From positions 1-52,301 of the forward strand of contig JAWXCH010000361.1 in NCBI GenBank assembly GCA_034440595.1: a stretch of 52,301 bases of DNA, in the 5' to 3' direction. A model generated the notes under the pieces. The model worked only from the letters and a program-made list of their open reading frames with translations. It did no database searches and had not been told where the DNA came from. Of the stretch, positions 1-10,354 are shown one piece after another. Position 1 is the stretch's first letter. Every line of letters starts with the position of its first letter. The position numbers and the translations under genes were made by a program. The stretch comes from Planctomycetota bacterium (GTDB lineage Bacteria; Planctomycetota; Planctomycetia; Pirellulales; JALHPA01).

Positions 1-78
1 CCCTTGACCCGAAGGGCCAGCCAAACTACGCTTCCTCTCCCACCTAACTTGCGGCAAGATTGGAAGTTAACTCAGCAG

Positions 79-1347
79 ATGGCAAACAAGGACGCACTGA
101 GCCAACGAGCAAAATGGTCAGGAGGCCAGCCGATTGGCTACCTGATGCATATGGCCCTTGCGCGCCCGCGACTGATTTCCCTGGCGGCCGGGTTTGTCGA
201 TCAGACATCCCTACCGGCCGAAGAAACCAAAGTCGCCATGGAGTCGGTGCTGTCGGATCCCTCGGTGGCGCACGCCGCGCTGCAATACGGCACCACGCAC
301 GGGTACGCGCCACTGCGCGAGCAGATTCTGGCCCGACTCCAAGCGGCAGATGGCAGCAAAGCTAGCGAGATGCCGCCGCTGGAGCGGATGATTCTGACTG
401 CCGGCAGCAATCAACTGCTGCACCTGGTGGCCGATACGCTCTTGAATCCTGGCGATATCGTCCTGACCGCCGCCCCGACATACTTTGTATTCTTAGGCGT
501 GCTGGCGAATCTTGGGGCGCGTGCGATTGGTGTCGCTTCGGACGAGAATGGTCTAATTCCAGAAGCTTTGGACACCACCTTGCAGCAGTTGGCCAAGTCC
601 GGCGAATTATCGCGCGTCAAAGCGATCTACACAGTCAGCTATTTTGACAATCCAGGGAGTGTCTCGCTCTCGGCTGCACGCCGCCCGCAATTGGTCGAAA
701 TAGCACAACGCTGGTCGCAGTCGCATAAGATTTATCTGATCGATGACGCCGCCTATCGAGAGCTTCGCTACGCGGGGGAGGATATCCCCAGCCTGCTGGC
801 CGCCGATCCGTCGAACGAAACCGTCATCCATACGGGCACGTTTTCCAAGTCGTTTGCCCCCGGCATTCGCGTCGGCTGGGGAATCGTTCCGGCTGAACTG
901 GTCGAGCCGATGGTGCACCAGAAGGGGAATATCGATTTTGGCTCGCCGAACCTGTCGCAGCATGTGATGTCCAAGGTGCTGGATCTAGGTCTATACGACC
1001 CACATATCAGTCGGCTGCGTGGCGTTTATCAAACTAAGCTAACGGCAATGGTGCAGGCGGCAGAGAAATACCTTTCGCCGATCGATGGGACACACTGGCA
1101 GGTGCCGACCGGTGGGCTGTATGTCTGGCTGGCCGTGCCTGAATCGGTCGATACCGGCACCGATGGTGCGCTGTTCCAGCGAGCGCTGGATCAAGGGGTG
1201 ATCTATGTGCCGGGGCACTACTGTTATCCCAGCGAGGGAGTACCGGTGCCGACCAATCGGATTCGGCTGAGTTTTGGAGTGCAGTCGCCAGAAAAGATTG
1301 AGCAAGGAATGGAACTCCTGGCGCTGGCCATTCGCGATGTCGCCTAA
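79..1347 (+). CDS. PLP-dependent aminotransferase class I (ARO8/LysN/MocR-like)
   Basis: ISLAAG, ALQYG.T.G...LR, DNPGS, DDAAY and GTFSKSFAPGIRVGW (PLP lysine) motifs; ATG at 79 is in frame with ORF 4..1347. Confidence 0.9.
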   Translation: MANKDALSQRAKWSGGQPIGYLMHMALARPRLISLAAGFVDQTSLPAEETKVAMESVLSDPSVAHAALQYGTTHGYAPLREQILARLQAADGSKASEMPPLERMILTAGSNQLLHLVADTLLNPGDIVLTAAPTYFVFLGVLANLGARAIGVASDENGLIPEALDTTLQQLAKSGELSRVKAIYTVSYFDNPGSVSLSAARRPQLVEIAQRWSQSHKIYLIDDAAYRELRYAGEDIPSLLAADPSNETVIHTGTFSKSFAPGIRVGWGIVPAELVEPMVHQKGNIDFGSPNLSQHVMSKVLDLGLYDPHISRLRGVYQTKLTAMVQAAEKYLSPIDGTHWQVPTGGLYVWLAVPESVDTGTDGALFQRALDQGVIYVPGHYCYPSEGVPVPTNRIRLSFGVQSPEKIEQGMELLALAIRDVA

Positions 1348-1403
1348 TGGAATAGAACTGCATTGGACGAGCAGGAGTTTTCGTCCGAAATGGTAAGGAT
1401 GCC

Positions 1404-2540
1404 ATGCTGCTTATCGACCGCTATATACTCTGGCAATTCATTTCGGTGTTCGTCATCTGCTTTGTCAGTCTGGCGGGGCTGTTCATCGTCGCCGACGCGC
1501 TGGGGCATTTGGATGAATTCGTTACGGCCAGCGAAAAAGCGGGCGGGTCGTTGTTTACCTTAATGGCCAGTTTTTATGGCCCGCGCTTAATCTGGATTCT
1601 GGATCGCACTAGTGGCGTGCTGACACTGATTTCGGCGATGTTTACCATCGCCTGGTTTCAGCGACACAACGAAATGACGGCTCTGATGGCAGCCGGGGTC
1701 TCCAAGGCACGAATCATTCGTCCGTTGATCATTGCCGTTGGCGTGCTAAGTCTTATTGCCGCGCTGAATCGCGAGCTGGTGATTCCTCATTTTCGCGAAG
1801 AGCTGAGCCGCACCACGCAAGATCTGGCCCCGGATGCCGCCAAGAAGCTGGTCCCGCTGTTCGACAATCAGACGGGTATTTTCATCAACGGGGGCAAAGT
1901 GCTGACCAATCAGCGAACCATTGCCGATCCGAGTTTTCGGATGCCGCGCGAGTTGAGTCAGTATGGCCGCCACATCTCGGCACACGCTGCAATTTACTAC
2001 GACGCCACCGCCGACCACCCGGCGGGCTACCTGTTCCAGGCTATCTCGGAACCGCACGACCTGACAAAAAGAGCTTCGCTGTCGCTAAACGATCAGCCGG
2101 TGATCCTGACACCAAGCGACAATGCCTGGTTGGCTGCCGACCAATGCTTTGTCGTCAGTGAAATCGCATTTGACCAGTTGGTCGACCCCAACGGCTGGCG
2201 GCAGTACTCGTCAACCTGGGAACTGGTGCAAGGCCTATATAACCGCAGCCTTGATTTTGGTGCCGATGTCCGCGTGACGGTACACGCCCGAATGGTGCAG
2301 CCCGTGCTGGATCTCACGCTGCTGTTTCTCGGGCTGCCCCTGATCCTCAAAGGGGTTAATCGGAACATGTTCGTCGCCATCGGGCTATGTCTCGGCGTAG
2401 TAATCGGATTCTTGTTGATCGTGCTGGGTTTCCAGTACCTGGGATCCAGCATTTTGCTCAGCCCGGTGACGGCCGTTTGGATTCCGCTGTTTCTGTTCAT
2501 CCCGCTGGCCGCCTGGATGGCCGAGCCGATCTGGCAATAA
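1404..2540 (+). CDS. LptF/LptG family LPS export permease
   Basis: IDRYI start, NEMTALMAAGVS motif, 3 TM + periplasmic domain + 3 TM layout. Confidence 0.88.
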   Translation: MLLIDRYILWQFISVFVICFVSLAGLFIVADALGHLDEFVTASEKAGGSLFTLMASFYGPRLIWILDRTSGVLTLISAMFTIAWFQRHNEMTALMAAGVSKARIIRPLIIAVGVLSLIAALNRELVIPHFREELSRTTQDLAPDAAKKLVPLFDNQTGIFINGGKVLTNQRTIADPSFRMPRELSQYGRHISAHAAIYYDATADHPAGYLFQAISEPHDLTKRASLSLNDQPVILTPSDNAWLAADQCFVVSEIAFDQLVDPNGWRQYSSTWELVQGLYNRSLDFGADVRVTVHARMVQPVLDLTLLFLGLPLILKGVNRNMFVAIGLCLGVVIGFLLIVLGFQYLGSSILLSPVTAVWIPLFLFIPLAAWMAEPIWQ

Positions 2541-2629
2541 CCGAAAGTTGTCGCATCATGCTAATCTCGCAAACATCTGAGTTGATTCACCCGCTGGATT
2601 GCCCCATAATGGCCGCCAAGGAGGGGGAA

Positions 2630-4435
2630 ATGACAGAACAATCTTTCGCTACGCCGTGGGTCGACGGACTAACCATTGGTCAGGCTTTGGACGAAACCGC
2701 GCGGCGGTATCCGCTGTCCGATGCGCTGGTATTTCCCAAGCTTGGACTGCGGATAAATTACCGCGAGTTTCTGGCACAGGTCGAACAGGCCGCGCGCGGG
2801 CTGCTGGCGCTGGGCGTTCAGCCGGGGGAGCATGTGGCCATTTGGGCGACCAACGTTCCGCAATGGGTCATTACTCAGTTTGCTACTGCGAAGATCGGTG
2901 CCGTGCTGGTCACGATCAATCCGGCCTATCGTCCCTTTGAGCTGAGCTATGTACTAAAGCAGAGCGACGCCAAGGTGCTGCTACTGGTCGATCGCTTTAA
3001 GACTTCGGACTATCACGCCATGCTGGCCGAGATCTGCCCAGAACTTGCGCATTCCAAGCCGGGCGAGCTGCACTCCGAGAACTTCCCCAAGCTGCGTACG
3101 GTCGTGGCCATCCACGGCGAGACTCCGCCAGGCGCGATCCATTGGAACGACATGATGCAGCGCGGGCTGGAAGTCCCGTACGACAGCCTGCAAAGCTCAG
3201 CAGAATTGCTGCGACCAACGGATCCCATCAATATTCAGTACACTTCGGGCACAACCGGGTTCCCCAAGGCGGCTACGCTCAGCCACCGCAACTTGCTGTT
3301 CAACGTGTATTACGTTGGCGAGTGCTTCAAATACACTGAGGCCGACCGAATCTGCATTCCGGTGCCGTTTTATCACTGCTTTGGCTGCGTGCTGGGCACG
3401 CTGTGCGCGGCAATTCATGGTGCTGCAATGGTGGTCCCGGCCGAGTCCTTTGAGCCGGCAGCCACCTTGGCGGCGATTGAGAGCGAAAAGGCCACCTCGC
3501 TGTATGGTGTGCCGACCATGTTCATCGCTCAATTGAACGATCCGAGTCGAAAGTCTCGCGATTTAAGCTCGCTGCGAACCGGCATCATGTCGGGCAGTCC
3601 TTGCCCGATCGAAACGATGCGTGCCGTGATCAGCGAGATGGGTTGCCGCGAAATTACCATCGGCTATGGGCAGACAGAAGCCTCGCCGATCATCACCCAA
3701 ACGCGTACCGAAGATCCCATTGAAACGCGCGTCACAACGGTTGGTCGCCCCATCCCCGGACTGGAGGTCAAGATCATTGACCCGGCTACCAAGGCAGTAC
3801 TCGGGGACAACGAACAAGGGGAACTGTGCGCCCGTGGCCACGCCGTGATGCTGGGGTACTACAAAAACCCAGGCGCATCTGCCGACGCCATCGACCCCGA
3901 AGGCTGGCTGCACACCGGGGATCTGGCCATTCGCTTGCCGAATGGTTACTACAAGATTACCGGTCGCATGAAGGACATGGTGATTCGTGGCGGAGAGAAT
4001 ATTTACCCGCGCGAGATTGAGGAGTTTCTGTTTACGCACCCAATGATTGAACAGGCCTCAGTCGTCGGAGTGCCTGATCCCAGATATGGTGAAGAGTTAT
4101 GTGCCTGGATTCAATTGAAGCAAGGCTGCGAGGGAGTGGTCGTCGTGCCAAACGGGCCACCGGCGCGTTGCCTGCCGGGCGAGAACTCGGCCGGCAGTGC
4201 CCAGGCTGCATCCATTGAGATGCCCAACGAGTCTTCGTCTGTAGACAACGACAAATCGGTCACAGACCAGCAGATTCGCGAGTTCTGCCGCGCCAATCTG
4301 GCGTATTTCAAAGCGCCACGTTACATCCGCTTTGTCACGCAGTTTCCGCAGACGGTGACTGGAAAGATTCGCAAATTCAAGATTCGCGAAATGATGTGCG
4401 AAGAGCTGGGCCTGAAGGAAATCACCACCGCCTGA
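2630..4435 (+). CDS. AMP-binding acyl-CoA synthetase
   Basis: YTSGTTGFPK, YGQTE, GWLHTGD, GRMKDMVIRGGENIYPREIE and TGKI motifs; GGAGG upstream of ATG 2630. Confidence 0.92.
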   Translation: MTEQSFATPWVDGLTIGQALDETARRYPLSDALVFPKLGLRINYREFLAQVEQAARGLLALGVQPGEHVAIWATNVPQWVITQFATAKIGAVLVTINPAYRPFELSYVLKQSDAKVLLLVDRFKTSDYHAMLAEICPELAHSKPGELHSENFPKLRTVVAIHGETPPGAIHWNDMMQRGLEVPYDSLQSSAELLRPTDPINIQYTSGTTGFPKAATLSHRNLLFNVYYVGECFKYTEADRICIPVPFYHCFGCVLGTLCAAIHGAAMVVPAESFEPAATLAAIESEKATSLYGVPTMFIAQLNDPSRKSRDLSSLRTGIMSGSPCPIETMRAVISEMGCREITIGYGQTEASPIITQTRTEDPIETRVTTVGRPIPGLEVKIIDPATKAVLGDNEQGELCARGHAVMLGYYKNPGASADAIDPEGWLHTGDLAIRLPNGYYKITGRMKDMVIRGGENIYPREIEEFLFTHPMIEQASVVGVPDPRYGEELCAWIQLKQGCEGVVVVPNGPPARCLPGENSAGSAQAASIEMPNESSSVDNDKSVTDQQIREFCRANLAYFKAPRYIRFVTQFPQTVTGKIRKFKIREMMCEELGLKEITTA

Positions 4436-4469
4436 GCCGCTAGGTGTTTGTTGACAACTTGCTTTTCGT

Positions 4470-5011
4470 GTGCCACTGGCTCCGCCAGTGCTGAGGAGGG
4501 CGTTGAGGCAACATCACCTTAGACACACGACGACAGACATTTTAACTCGACGCGCCAGCGAGGCGCACCACGTTTGACGAATTTCCTCGCTGGCGCGTCG
4601 GGTTACTGTGGGCGTCTATCTCGCCAAGAGTACTGGCAGAGCCATTGGTATCTACACAAGTCTGCTAGCAGTCGCTGATGCTGTTTCAACGACGAACAGT
4701 GCTGAAAATCATTCAAGCGCTGCGGCACCTGTACGCCGAAGGCGTTCGATTCGGAAGCCTAGGGTTCGCTGCGCAGCAGTTACCGACGAATAAAATCGGT
4801 TACCGCGAAGCGGTTACACAATCGACTGATTGGGCTTTCCGTAGCGATCCGGCCATGAATGTAATCACTTCGTGGTAACAGGTTGGATGGAAAGGTAACC
4901 CCAGGTGCGCTGCGCGACCTGGGGCTATGGAATGTAACGCCTTCGGCGTAATTGCGGCAATCCCCTTGCTAGCAATGATGCGTAGATACCACTGGGCAAA
5001 GCCAGTGGCAC
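4470..5011. repeat. Mosaic of REP-like palindromes (family A GTGCCACTGGCTCCGCCAGTG; family B TAACYCGACGCGCCAGCGAGG hairpin; family C TACGCCGAAGGCGTT inverted pair)
   Basis: A at 4470-4490, 4631-4651 (degenerate, inverted) and 4990-5011; B at 4543-4605; C at 4732-4950. The same motifs recur elsewhere in the window. Confidence 0.85.
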
Positions 5012-5081
5012 ACAATTCCTAGTTGTCCCAATGCACTAGCGGCTGGCAGTGGGATCGAGGTTGAACGAACAATTGCGGCGG

Positions 5082-5828
5082 CTAAATCGCTCGCATGCTG
5101 GCGTAGTTCGTTGCCGCCGTTTGAGTCAGCGCCGCAGGCATATCCGACAGCGAAACGAACTGCCCTTCATCTGCGCTATAGGCAAAGACCTCACCGGTCT
5201 CAATCTTGTAGACCCAACCATACAGGCGCAGGTCTCCACGCGGTGCCAGCCGAACAGCCACTGCCGGATGTGTCCGCAAATTCTCCAACTGCACCAAAAC
5301 GTTCTCCTGGATCATGACGCTCATCTGATCCTCTTCGGATAGCCCGGTGTAGTTGGTGCGGACAATACGCCGAGCGCTCTCCGCATTTCCTAGCCAGGCG
5401 CTGACGCTTGGCATTTCAGTCAAATCCTCGGGGTGCAACAAACCCTTCATCGCACCGCAGTGCGAGTGCCCACAAATGACGATGTACTCGACATCCAGCG
5501 CGGTCACGGCAAACTCGATCGCCGCCGACGCACCGCCGTCCGCAGTCGTAGGACTGAAAGGAGGTACGATATTGCCGACATTCCGCAGAATGAACAACTC
5601 GCCCGGATCGGTCTGCGTAATCAGATTCGGGTTGATACGCGAGTCCGAACAGGTGATGAATAGTCCGCCTGGACGTTGGCCACCGGCCAGATTCTCAAAC
5701 AGCTCCCGCTGCGATTGAAAAACATTCGACTGAAATTCATGGATTCCAGCAACCAGCCGGTGCATACCAGCATTATTGTCGCCGTTCGTACCGCCGTATC
5801 CGTTGTGATTTCGATCCAACCGTACCAT
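5082..5828 (-). CDS. Beta-class carbonic anhydrase
   Basis: Zn ligand motifs CSDSR and HSHCG; PGELFILRNVGN; GGAG upstream of ATG 5828. Confidence 0.95.
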   Translation of the reverse strand: MVRLDRNHNGYGGTNGDNNAGMHRLVAGIHEFQSNVFQSQRELFENLAGGQRPGGLFITCSDSRINPNLITQTDPGELFILRNVGNIVPPFSPTTADGGASAAIEFAVTALDVEYIVICGHSHCGAMKGLLHPEDLTEMPSVSAWLGNAESARRIVRTNYTGLSEEDQMSVMIQENVLVQLENLRTHPAVAVRLAPRGDLRLYGWVYKIETGEVFAYSADEGQFVSLSDMPAALTQTAATNYASMRAI

Positions 5829-5906
5829 GCGCGCACTCCGTGTTAGGTTCTCTGAAGTATAAGGAACAGAAGTCAGCCGCAGAAAAGCAGCACACAGAAC
5901 GCTGGT

Positions 5907-6263
5907 TCAACAACGAAGCGGAGCACCCAAGCCAAACCGCAACTGATGCTCGCTCTGACAGGCGAATGAACAGGCCATATACAAACAATCCGCGATGATC
6001 TGCGGCTGCGCAGAGTGGCGGATCAGAACCTGACAACTACGGTCGCGAGATTGCACTACCGCGCACGCGGCGACTCGGACAGCGTGACTAGGCCTGGCTT
6101 CTTCTTCGACCGGAATCGAGTCACCGGTTCGCAATAGACCGCTGGATGCCAGGCAGCTTGCCGGGACGGCAAACAGGAACGCGACCAATAAACAGCACAG
6201 ACCGCGCGATGCTGATCGCACGATCGCTAGGTAGCTGAATTTGGCTCTGCTTTGTCCGCGCAT
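5907..6263 (-). CDS. Small hypothetical protein with a signal/TM segment and C-terminal EHQLRFGLGAPLRC (possible leader peptide)
   Basis: AGAGGA before ATG 6263; hydrophobic LCCLLVAFLFAVPA stretch; co-oriented, ends 78 nt before the carbonic anhydrase start. Confidence 0.55.
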   Translation of the reverse strand: MRGQSRAKFSYLAIVRSASRGLCCLLVAFLFAVPASCLASSGLLRTGDSIPVEEEARPSHAVRVAACAVVQSRDRSCQVLIRHSAQPQIIADCLYMACSFACQSEHQLRFGLGAPLRC

Positions 6264-6444
6264 GCAGAAATCCTCTGCGTCGATACCGATCTGTTGCCCC
6301 AAAATTTCGTAGCACTTAAGCTTACGGAATCGTAAGGATCGGGTCAATATTGCATCGGTCCGATGGGGCGGATTACTCGGAACTTTCTGCTGGTTTTTCC
6401 ACAGTATTGCGAAAAACCGACATGAAGGAGCGACTCAGGAGGGT

Positions 6445-8277
6445 TCAGCCCACTTTGGCAAAGGTGGCCAACTCTTGCTGCATGTGCTGCATGCGTGCTT
6501 GCAGGGTTTCATGGGCTTCTTGCAAGTCAGCCAGCAGCTCCGGCGCTTCGCAAGTGAACATGTAGAACTTGATTTTTGGCTCAGTCCCCGAAGGGCGAAC
6601 GGCCACGTAATTGCCGGGCGCATCGAGGTCAAGAATGACCATGTCCCCCTGAGGTCCAACCAGTGGCAACGGCGGGCTGCCCGGCCTTGTCTCGGTCAAA
6701 GACAGGTAATCGCGAACCAAGGTGACCTTCATACCGGCCAGACTTTGCGGCGGCGTGGCGCGGAATTTGGCCATAATCGTGAGCATGTCCTTCATACCTT
6801 GTGAGCCGGGCATGGTGATCGAAAGCTGCTGCTCCTGGTGATAACCATACTGCCAGTACAGCGAGTCGAGTTTGTCGTGTAGCGTCTGCCCGGCCGCTTT
6901 GCACTCGGCGGCTAGCTCCGAAAGCAACATCGCCGCCACCGCCGCGTCTTTGTCGCGTGCATGCGTGCCAACCAGGTACCCGTGCGATTCTTCACACCCA
7001 AGGACAAATTTGTCAGGTCCGAACTCGTCCATCGTCATGCCGATCCACTTAAAGCCGACCTGCAGATTGCCGAGCGTACGGACGTTATAGGACTCGGCTA
7101 CGCGGCGTATCATCTCAGTGGTGACCAGTGTCTTCACCACGTAGTGGTCAGGCGTAATGCTGCCCGCTTTTTTGCGCGCAGACAGGACATACTCGGTCAA
7201 TAGGGCAGCAATCTGATTACCGCTGAACGTGCGCCACGGGCCGGCTGTGTCCTTCGTCAATGGCGCAGCACAGCCAAGCCGGTCGCAGTCCGGATCGGTC
7301 GCCAGAATCAGATCGGCCCCGGTCTTTTGGGCCTGCGCGATGATAATGTCGAACACCGCCGGATTTTCCGGATTGGAGACATGATTTGGCACATTGGGAA
7401 AGTCGCCGTTCGGCTCCGCGTGTGGGCCAAATATTTCCACGTCCGCGAACCCATCGGCTGCCAGAACCGGCGGAACCGCGCTACCGCCGACACCATGCAA
7501 GGGAGAATAGATGATCTTCAACGCGCGCGGGCCGGGGAGTGCCTGCGACAGCACGGCCGATTGAAAGGCCGCATCGACCTCCTTTTGGCAGAAAATGACC
7601 TTGCCGCTTTTCACCCCTTCGGCAAATGGTGAACGACGGATTTCACCGGCATTCATCACCCTTTCGATAATGCCGGCATCGTGCGGCGGCAACACCTGGC
7701 AGCCAGTCGACCAATAGACCTTCACTGCGTTGTCGCTCGGCGGATTGTGGCTGGCCGTGACCATGATGCCACAGTGACAGCGGTTGTATCGCACCGAGAA
7801 CGAAAGCTCGGGCGTGCTGCGATATCCGTCCAGAAAATAGACCGTGAACCCGGCCGCCAGCATTACTTCGGAACACAATTCGGCAAAATGACGCGAACGG
7901 TGCCGCGTGTCGTAGGCAATCGCACAGCGCAGATCCTTGTTGTCGGGGAATTGCGCGACGATATAGTTGGCCACGCCTTGTGCGCTTTCGCCAATCGTCC
8001 GATCGTTGACCGCGTTGCTGCCGATCGGGAACATCTTGCCACGGCGACCACCGGTGCCAAACGGAATGATTGTCCAAAAAGCATCGTCCAACTCCTTCCA
8101 ACGCTTATCGGCAATGTACTGTGCCACTTCTTCGGCATACATCGCATAGCGAGCTTCCGTTAACCAGTCCCGGATGTTGACCTCGGCACTGGCGGTCAAT
8201 TGGCCGGCAGCCACGGCAGCGGCGACGGATTGCAAAGAAACGGCAGGATCGAACGGGGTGGTGCTTTTCAAGTCCAT
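6445..8277 (-). CDS. Phospho-sugar mutase (phosphoglucomutase/phosphomannomutase)
   Basis: FGTGG, TASHNP phosphoserine loop, DPDCDR metal loop, EESHG and RPSGTEPKIK motifs. Confidence 0.95.
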   Translation of the reverse strand: MDLKSTTPFDPAVSLQSVAAAVAAGQLTASAEVNIRDWLTEARYAMYAEEVAQYIADKRWKELDDAFWTIIPFGTGGRRGKMFPIGSNAVNDRTIGESAQGVANYIVAQFPDNKDLRCAIAYDTRHRSRHFAELCSEVMLAAGFTVYFLDGYRSTPELSFSVRYNRCHCGIMVTASHNPPSDNAVKVYWSTGCQVLPPHDAGIIERVMNAGEIRRSPFAEGVKSGKVIFCQKEVDAAFQSAVLSQALPGPRALKIIYSPLHGVGGSAVPPVLAADGFADVEIFGPHAEPNGDFPNVPNHVSNPENPAVFDIIIAQAQKTGADLILATDPDCDRLGCAAPLTKDTAGPWRTFSGNQIAALLTEYVLSARKKAGSITPDHYVVKTLVTTEMIRRVAESYNVRTLGNLQVGFKWIGMTMDEFGPDKFVLGCEESHGYLVGTHARDKDAAVAAMLLSELAAECKAAGQTLHDKLDSLYWQYGYHQEQQLSITMPGSQGMKDMLTIMAKFRATPPQSLAGMKVTLVRDYLSLTETRPGSPPLPLVGPQGDMVILDLDAPGNYVAVRPSGTEPKIKFYMFTCEAPELLADLQEAHETLQARMQHMQQELATFAKVG

Positions 8278-8408
8278 GATGTTGCTAAGATGAGTCGGCT
8301 GGCGGTCAGAATGAATTCTCAACAGCTAGGCAGTATGCAATAGATCGCCGCTTCCGAAAAGGTGGGCAGCGCGATTTCTAATGTCGCGAAAGGGGACAAA
8401 AGCCATTT

Positions 8409-8548
8409 TAACCCGACGCGCCAGCGAGGAAATTCGTCGAACACGCCGCGCCTCGCTGGCGCGTTGAGTTAGTATGCGAGGTCGACTTGCAAAGCGTACT
8501 GGCAAAGCCAGTGGCACACGTGATTCTCACTGGCAAAGCTACTGGCAC
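8409..8548. repeat. REP-like cluster: family B hairpin plus two family A copies
   Basis: TAACCCGACGCGCCAGCGAGG...CCTCGCTGGCGCGTTGAGTTA at 8409-8471; (T/C)ACTGGCAAAGC...TGGCAC at 8497-8517 and 8528-8548. Confidence 0.85.
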
Positions 8549-8571
8549 GCCAGTTTCGTTTTCATAAATCA

Positions 8572-10152
8572 CTAATCCGACGTCAGCATCCCGTTCAGCC
8601 GCACGCGCGCTGCTTCAAACTCCCCCCAGGCCTGTTTGCTCAATTTGCCCTCCAGGCGTTTCATTGGTCCTTCTAATCCGCTCTTCAGCAGATCGACTTG
8701 ATCCTTTCGCGGGCGTAGCAGGCGAGTCGGATCGTCGAAATAGATTGGCGCCGTGTGTGCAAACTGGACGATCTCTTCGACCGGCTGCTCCATGCAGCGC
8801 ACCGCCAGCCAGGAGCTGCCTTGAATTGTGACGGGCACCTCCCATACTTGAAATCCGGTCGCATCGGCAGCTTGTTTAGTCGCGTCGATTTGCTTCACCA
8901 CCACACCGTTCACCACTACTTCCACTTGCTGGAGCGGGCGAGTCCCTCCCGCCTTAATTTTCAACTTCAGCGGAAGCGATTGGCCCGCGGCTAGTTGCTT
9001 GTGGTCACCGGGCCGCAGGCCATCGGCTTCGATTAATAGCATCGGCCCATTCGTGACAAAGCTGCGACCGGCTTTGAACCCAGCGAACCATTTTTCAAAA
9101 GTCAGGGGACCATCTATATGGACGTATACACGGCTGTAGCCGAGCGGTACGCCCATCATGCCGTTGGCAGTACCGCCACTAATCGGCAGCACGAGGCCAG
9201 TGTTCAAAATGGCATAGTAAGTCTGAAACACGTACTGCATCCAGCCGGCGCTATCGTCGGTCAGCTTTAGCGAAGCGGGCGGACGCTCTCCCCAATTTTT
9301 AAACGGCGGATCCTTGCGCCACATACGGTTATTGGCAATCGGAAAACTATCGATCCCGTCCAGCGCGATGACCATGCTGGACCATGCCCAGCCGTGCTTT
9401 TCCAGGTCGACAACGGCCCCCTGGCTTTGTGCGTCATGGATCATCTGGATCACAGGGGGAACTTTGTTGGTCAACGGTGCTCGTTGACCAAGCACAATGA
9501 GTGCGCCGAGCGCCGTGTTTTCGCCGGCAATGTCGCCAATTTCGTATTCGGTATTCAGCGTCCAATACAGGTGCCGCGCGTCGATCGACTTGGCCTCTCC
9601 CTTGGTCGGAACCGGCTGTCGGTTGATGCCTTGTGGGGCTTCGTCCTTAGTTCTGGCCCAGGCTGTGATGGGAAACGCTACGTTGACATCCTCGGCCAGT
9701 TGCATCACGGTCAAGTCCTGCGGCGGCGTATGCACGTGTGTGTCCCCTGAGTACCAGCCAAGCGCTGCCATATCAAACAGCCGCTTCAGTGGCACAGAGA
9801 GTTTAGTAGGCGATTGTTCGCTCACCTCCAATTCACCGTCGTGCGGCAAATACTCCTTGCCATGTTCGACATGCAGCTTGTATTTTCCTGCCGGCAGTTT
9901 CAAAGTGGCCGGGCTGGTCGGAATAGCAATGAAGACTTCATTGCCTCCCCAATAGGGGTCGCCGTGCTTGGCATAGGACGTTTTTTCGACGAACGGATGG
10001 ACCGTCTTACCGGCCGAATTGTGCAAGTAAAACCGTGCACCAAGCGGAGCGTTGGACTTGGCGTCCACAACGCTCAGCACCACCTCCCCGGCCACGAGCG
10101 GTCTGGTCAGCAGCAACAACAGGAACGTCACAAAGCAGTAGCGGAGGGGCAT
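8572..10152 (-). CDS. Secreted CehA/McbA-family (PHP-like) metallohydrolase
   Basis: Signal peptide; WYSGDTHVH, LGYSRVYV, GRSFVTNGPML and FAHTAPIY motifs typical of the planctomycete family. Confidence 0.8.
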   Translation of the reverse strand: MPLRYCFVTFLLLLLTRPLVAGEVVLSVVDAKSNAPLGARFYLHNSAGKTVHPFVEKTSYAKHGDPYWGGNEVFIAIPTSPATLKLPAGKYKLHVEHGKEYLPHDGELEVSEQSPTKLSVPLKRLFDMAALGWYSGDTHVHTPPQDLTVMQLAEDVNVAFPITAWARTKDEAPQGINRQPVPTKGEAKSIDARHLYWTLNTEYEIGDIAGENTALGALIVLGQRAPLTNKVPPVIQMIHDAQSQGAVVDLEKHGWAWSSMVIALDGIDSFPIANNRMWRKDPPFKNWGERPPASLKLTDDSAGWMQYVFQTYYAILNTGLVLPISGGTANGMMGVPLGYSRVYVHIDGPLTFEKWFAGFKAGRSFVTNGPMLLIEADGLRPGDHKQLAAGQSLPLKLKIKAGGTRPLQQVEVVVNGVVVKQIDATKQAADATGFQVWEVPVTIQGSSWLAVRCMEQPVEEIVQFAHTAPIYFDDPTRLLRPRKDQVDLLKSGLEGPMKRLEGKLSKQAWGEFEAARVRLNGMLTSD

Positions 10153-10354
10153 GTTGCGAGAATTCCTGTACGTAAATCAATTGCTGACCATGCGGGAGGC
10201 CGGTTACGCCCCTCAAGCTGGTATCGAATGTAAGGGGCAGATCGTCCGGCAGTCAAGAAATCGCTCGAAATTAGACGGAATCGCACTGCACGAGGTAAAC
10301 TGTCAGTATTATCGCTGATAGTTCGCTTTAGTCGCATATAAACGCAAGTCAGCT

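Noticed and set aside
2387-2629. N-terminal extension of the acyl-CoA synthetase
   Set aside because: Overlaps the lptF/G gene; a strong RBS precedes ATG 2630
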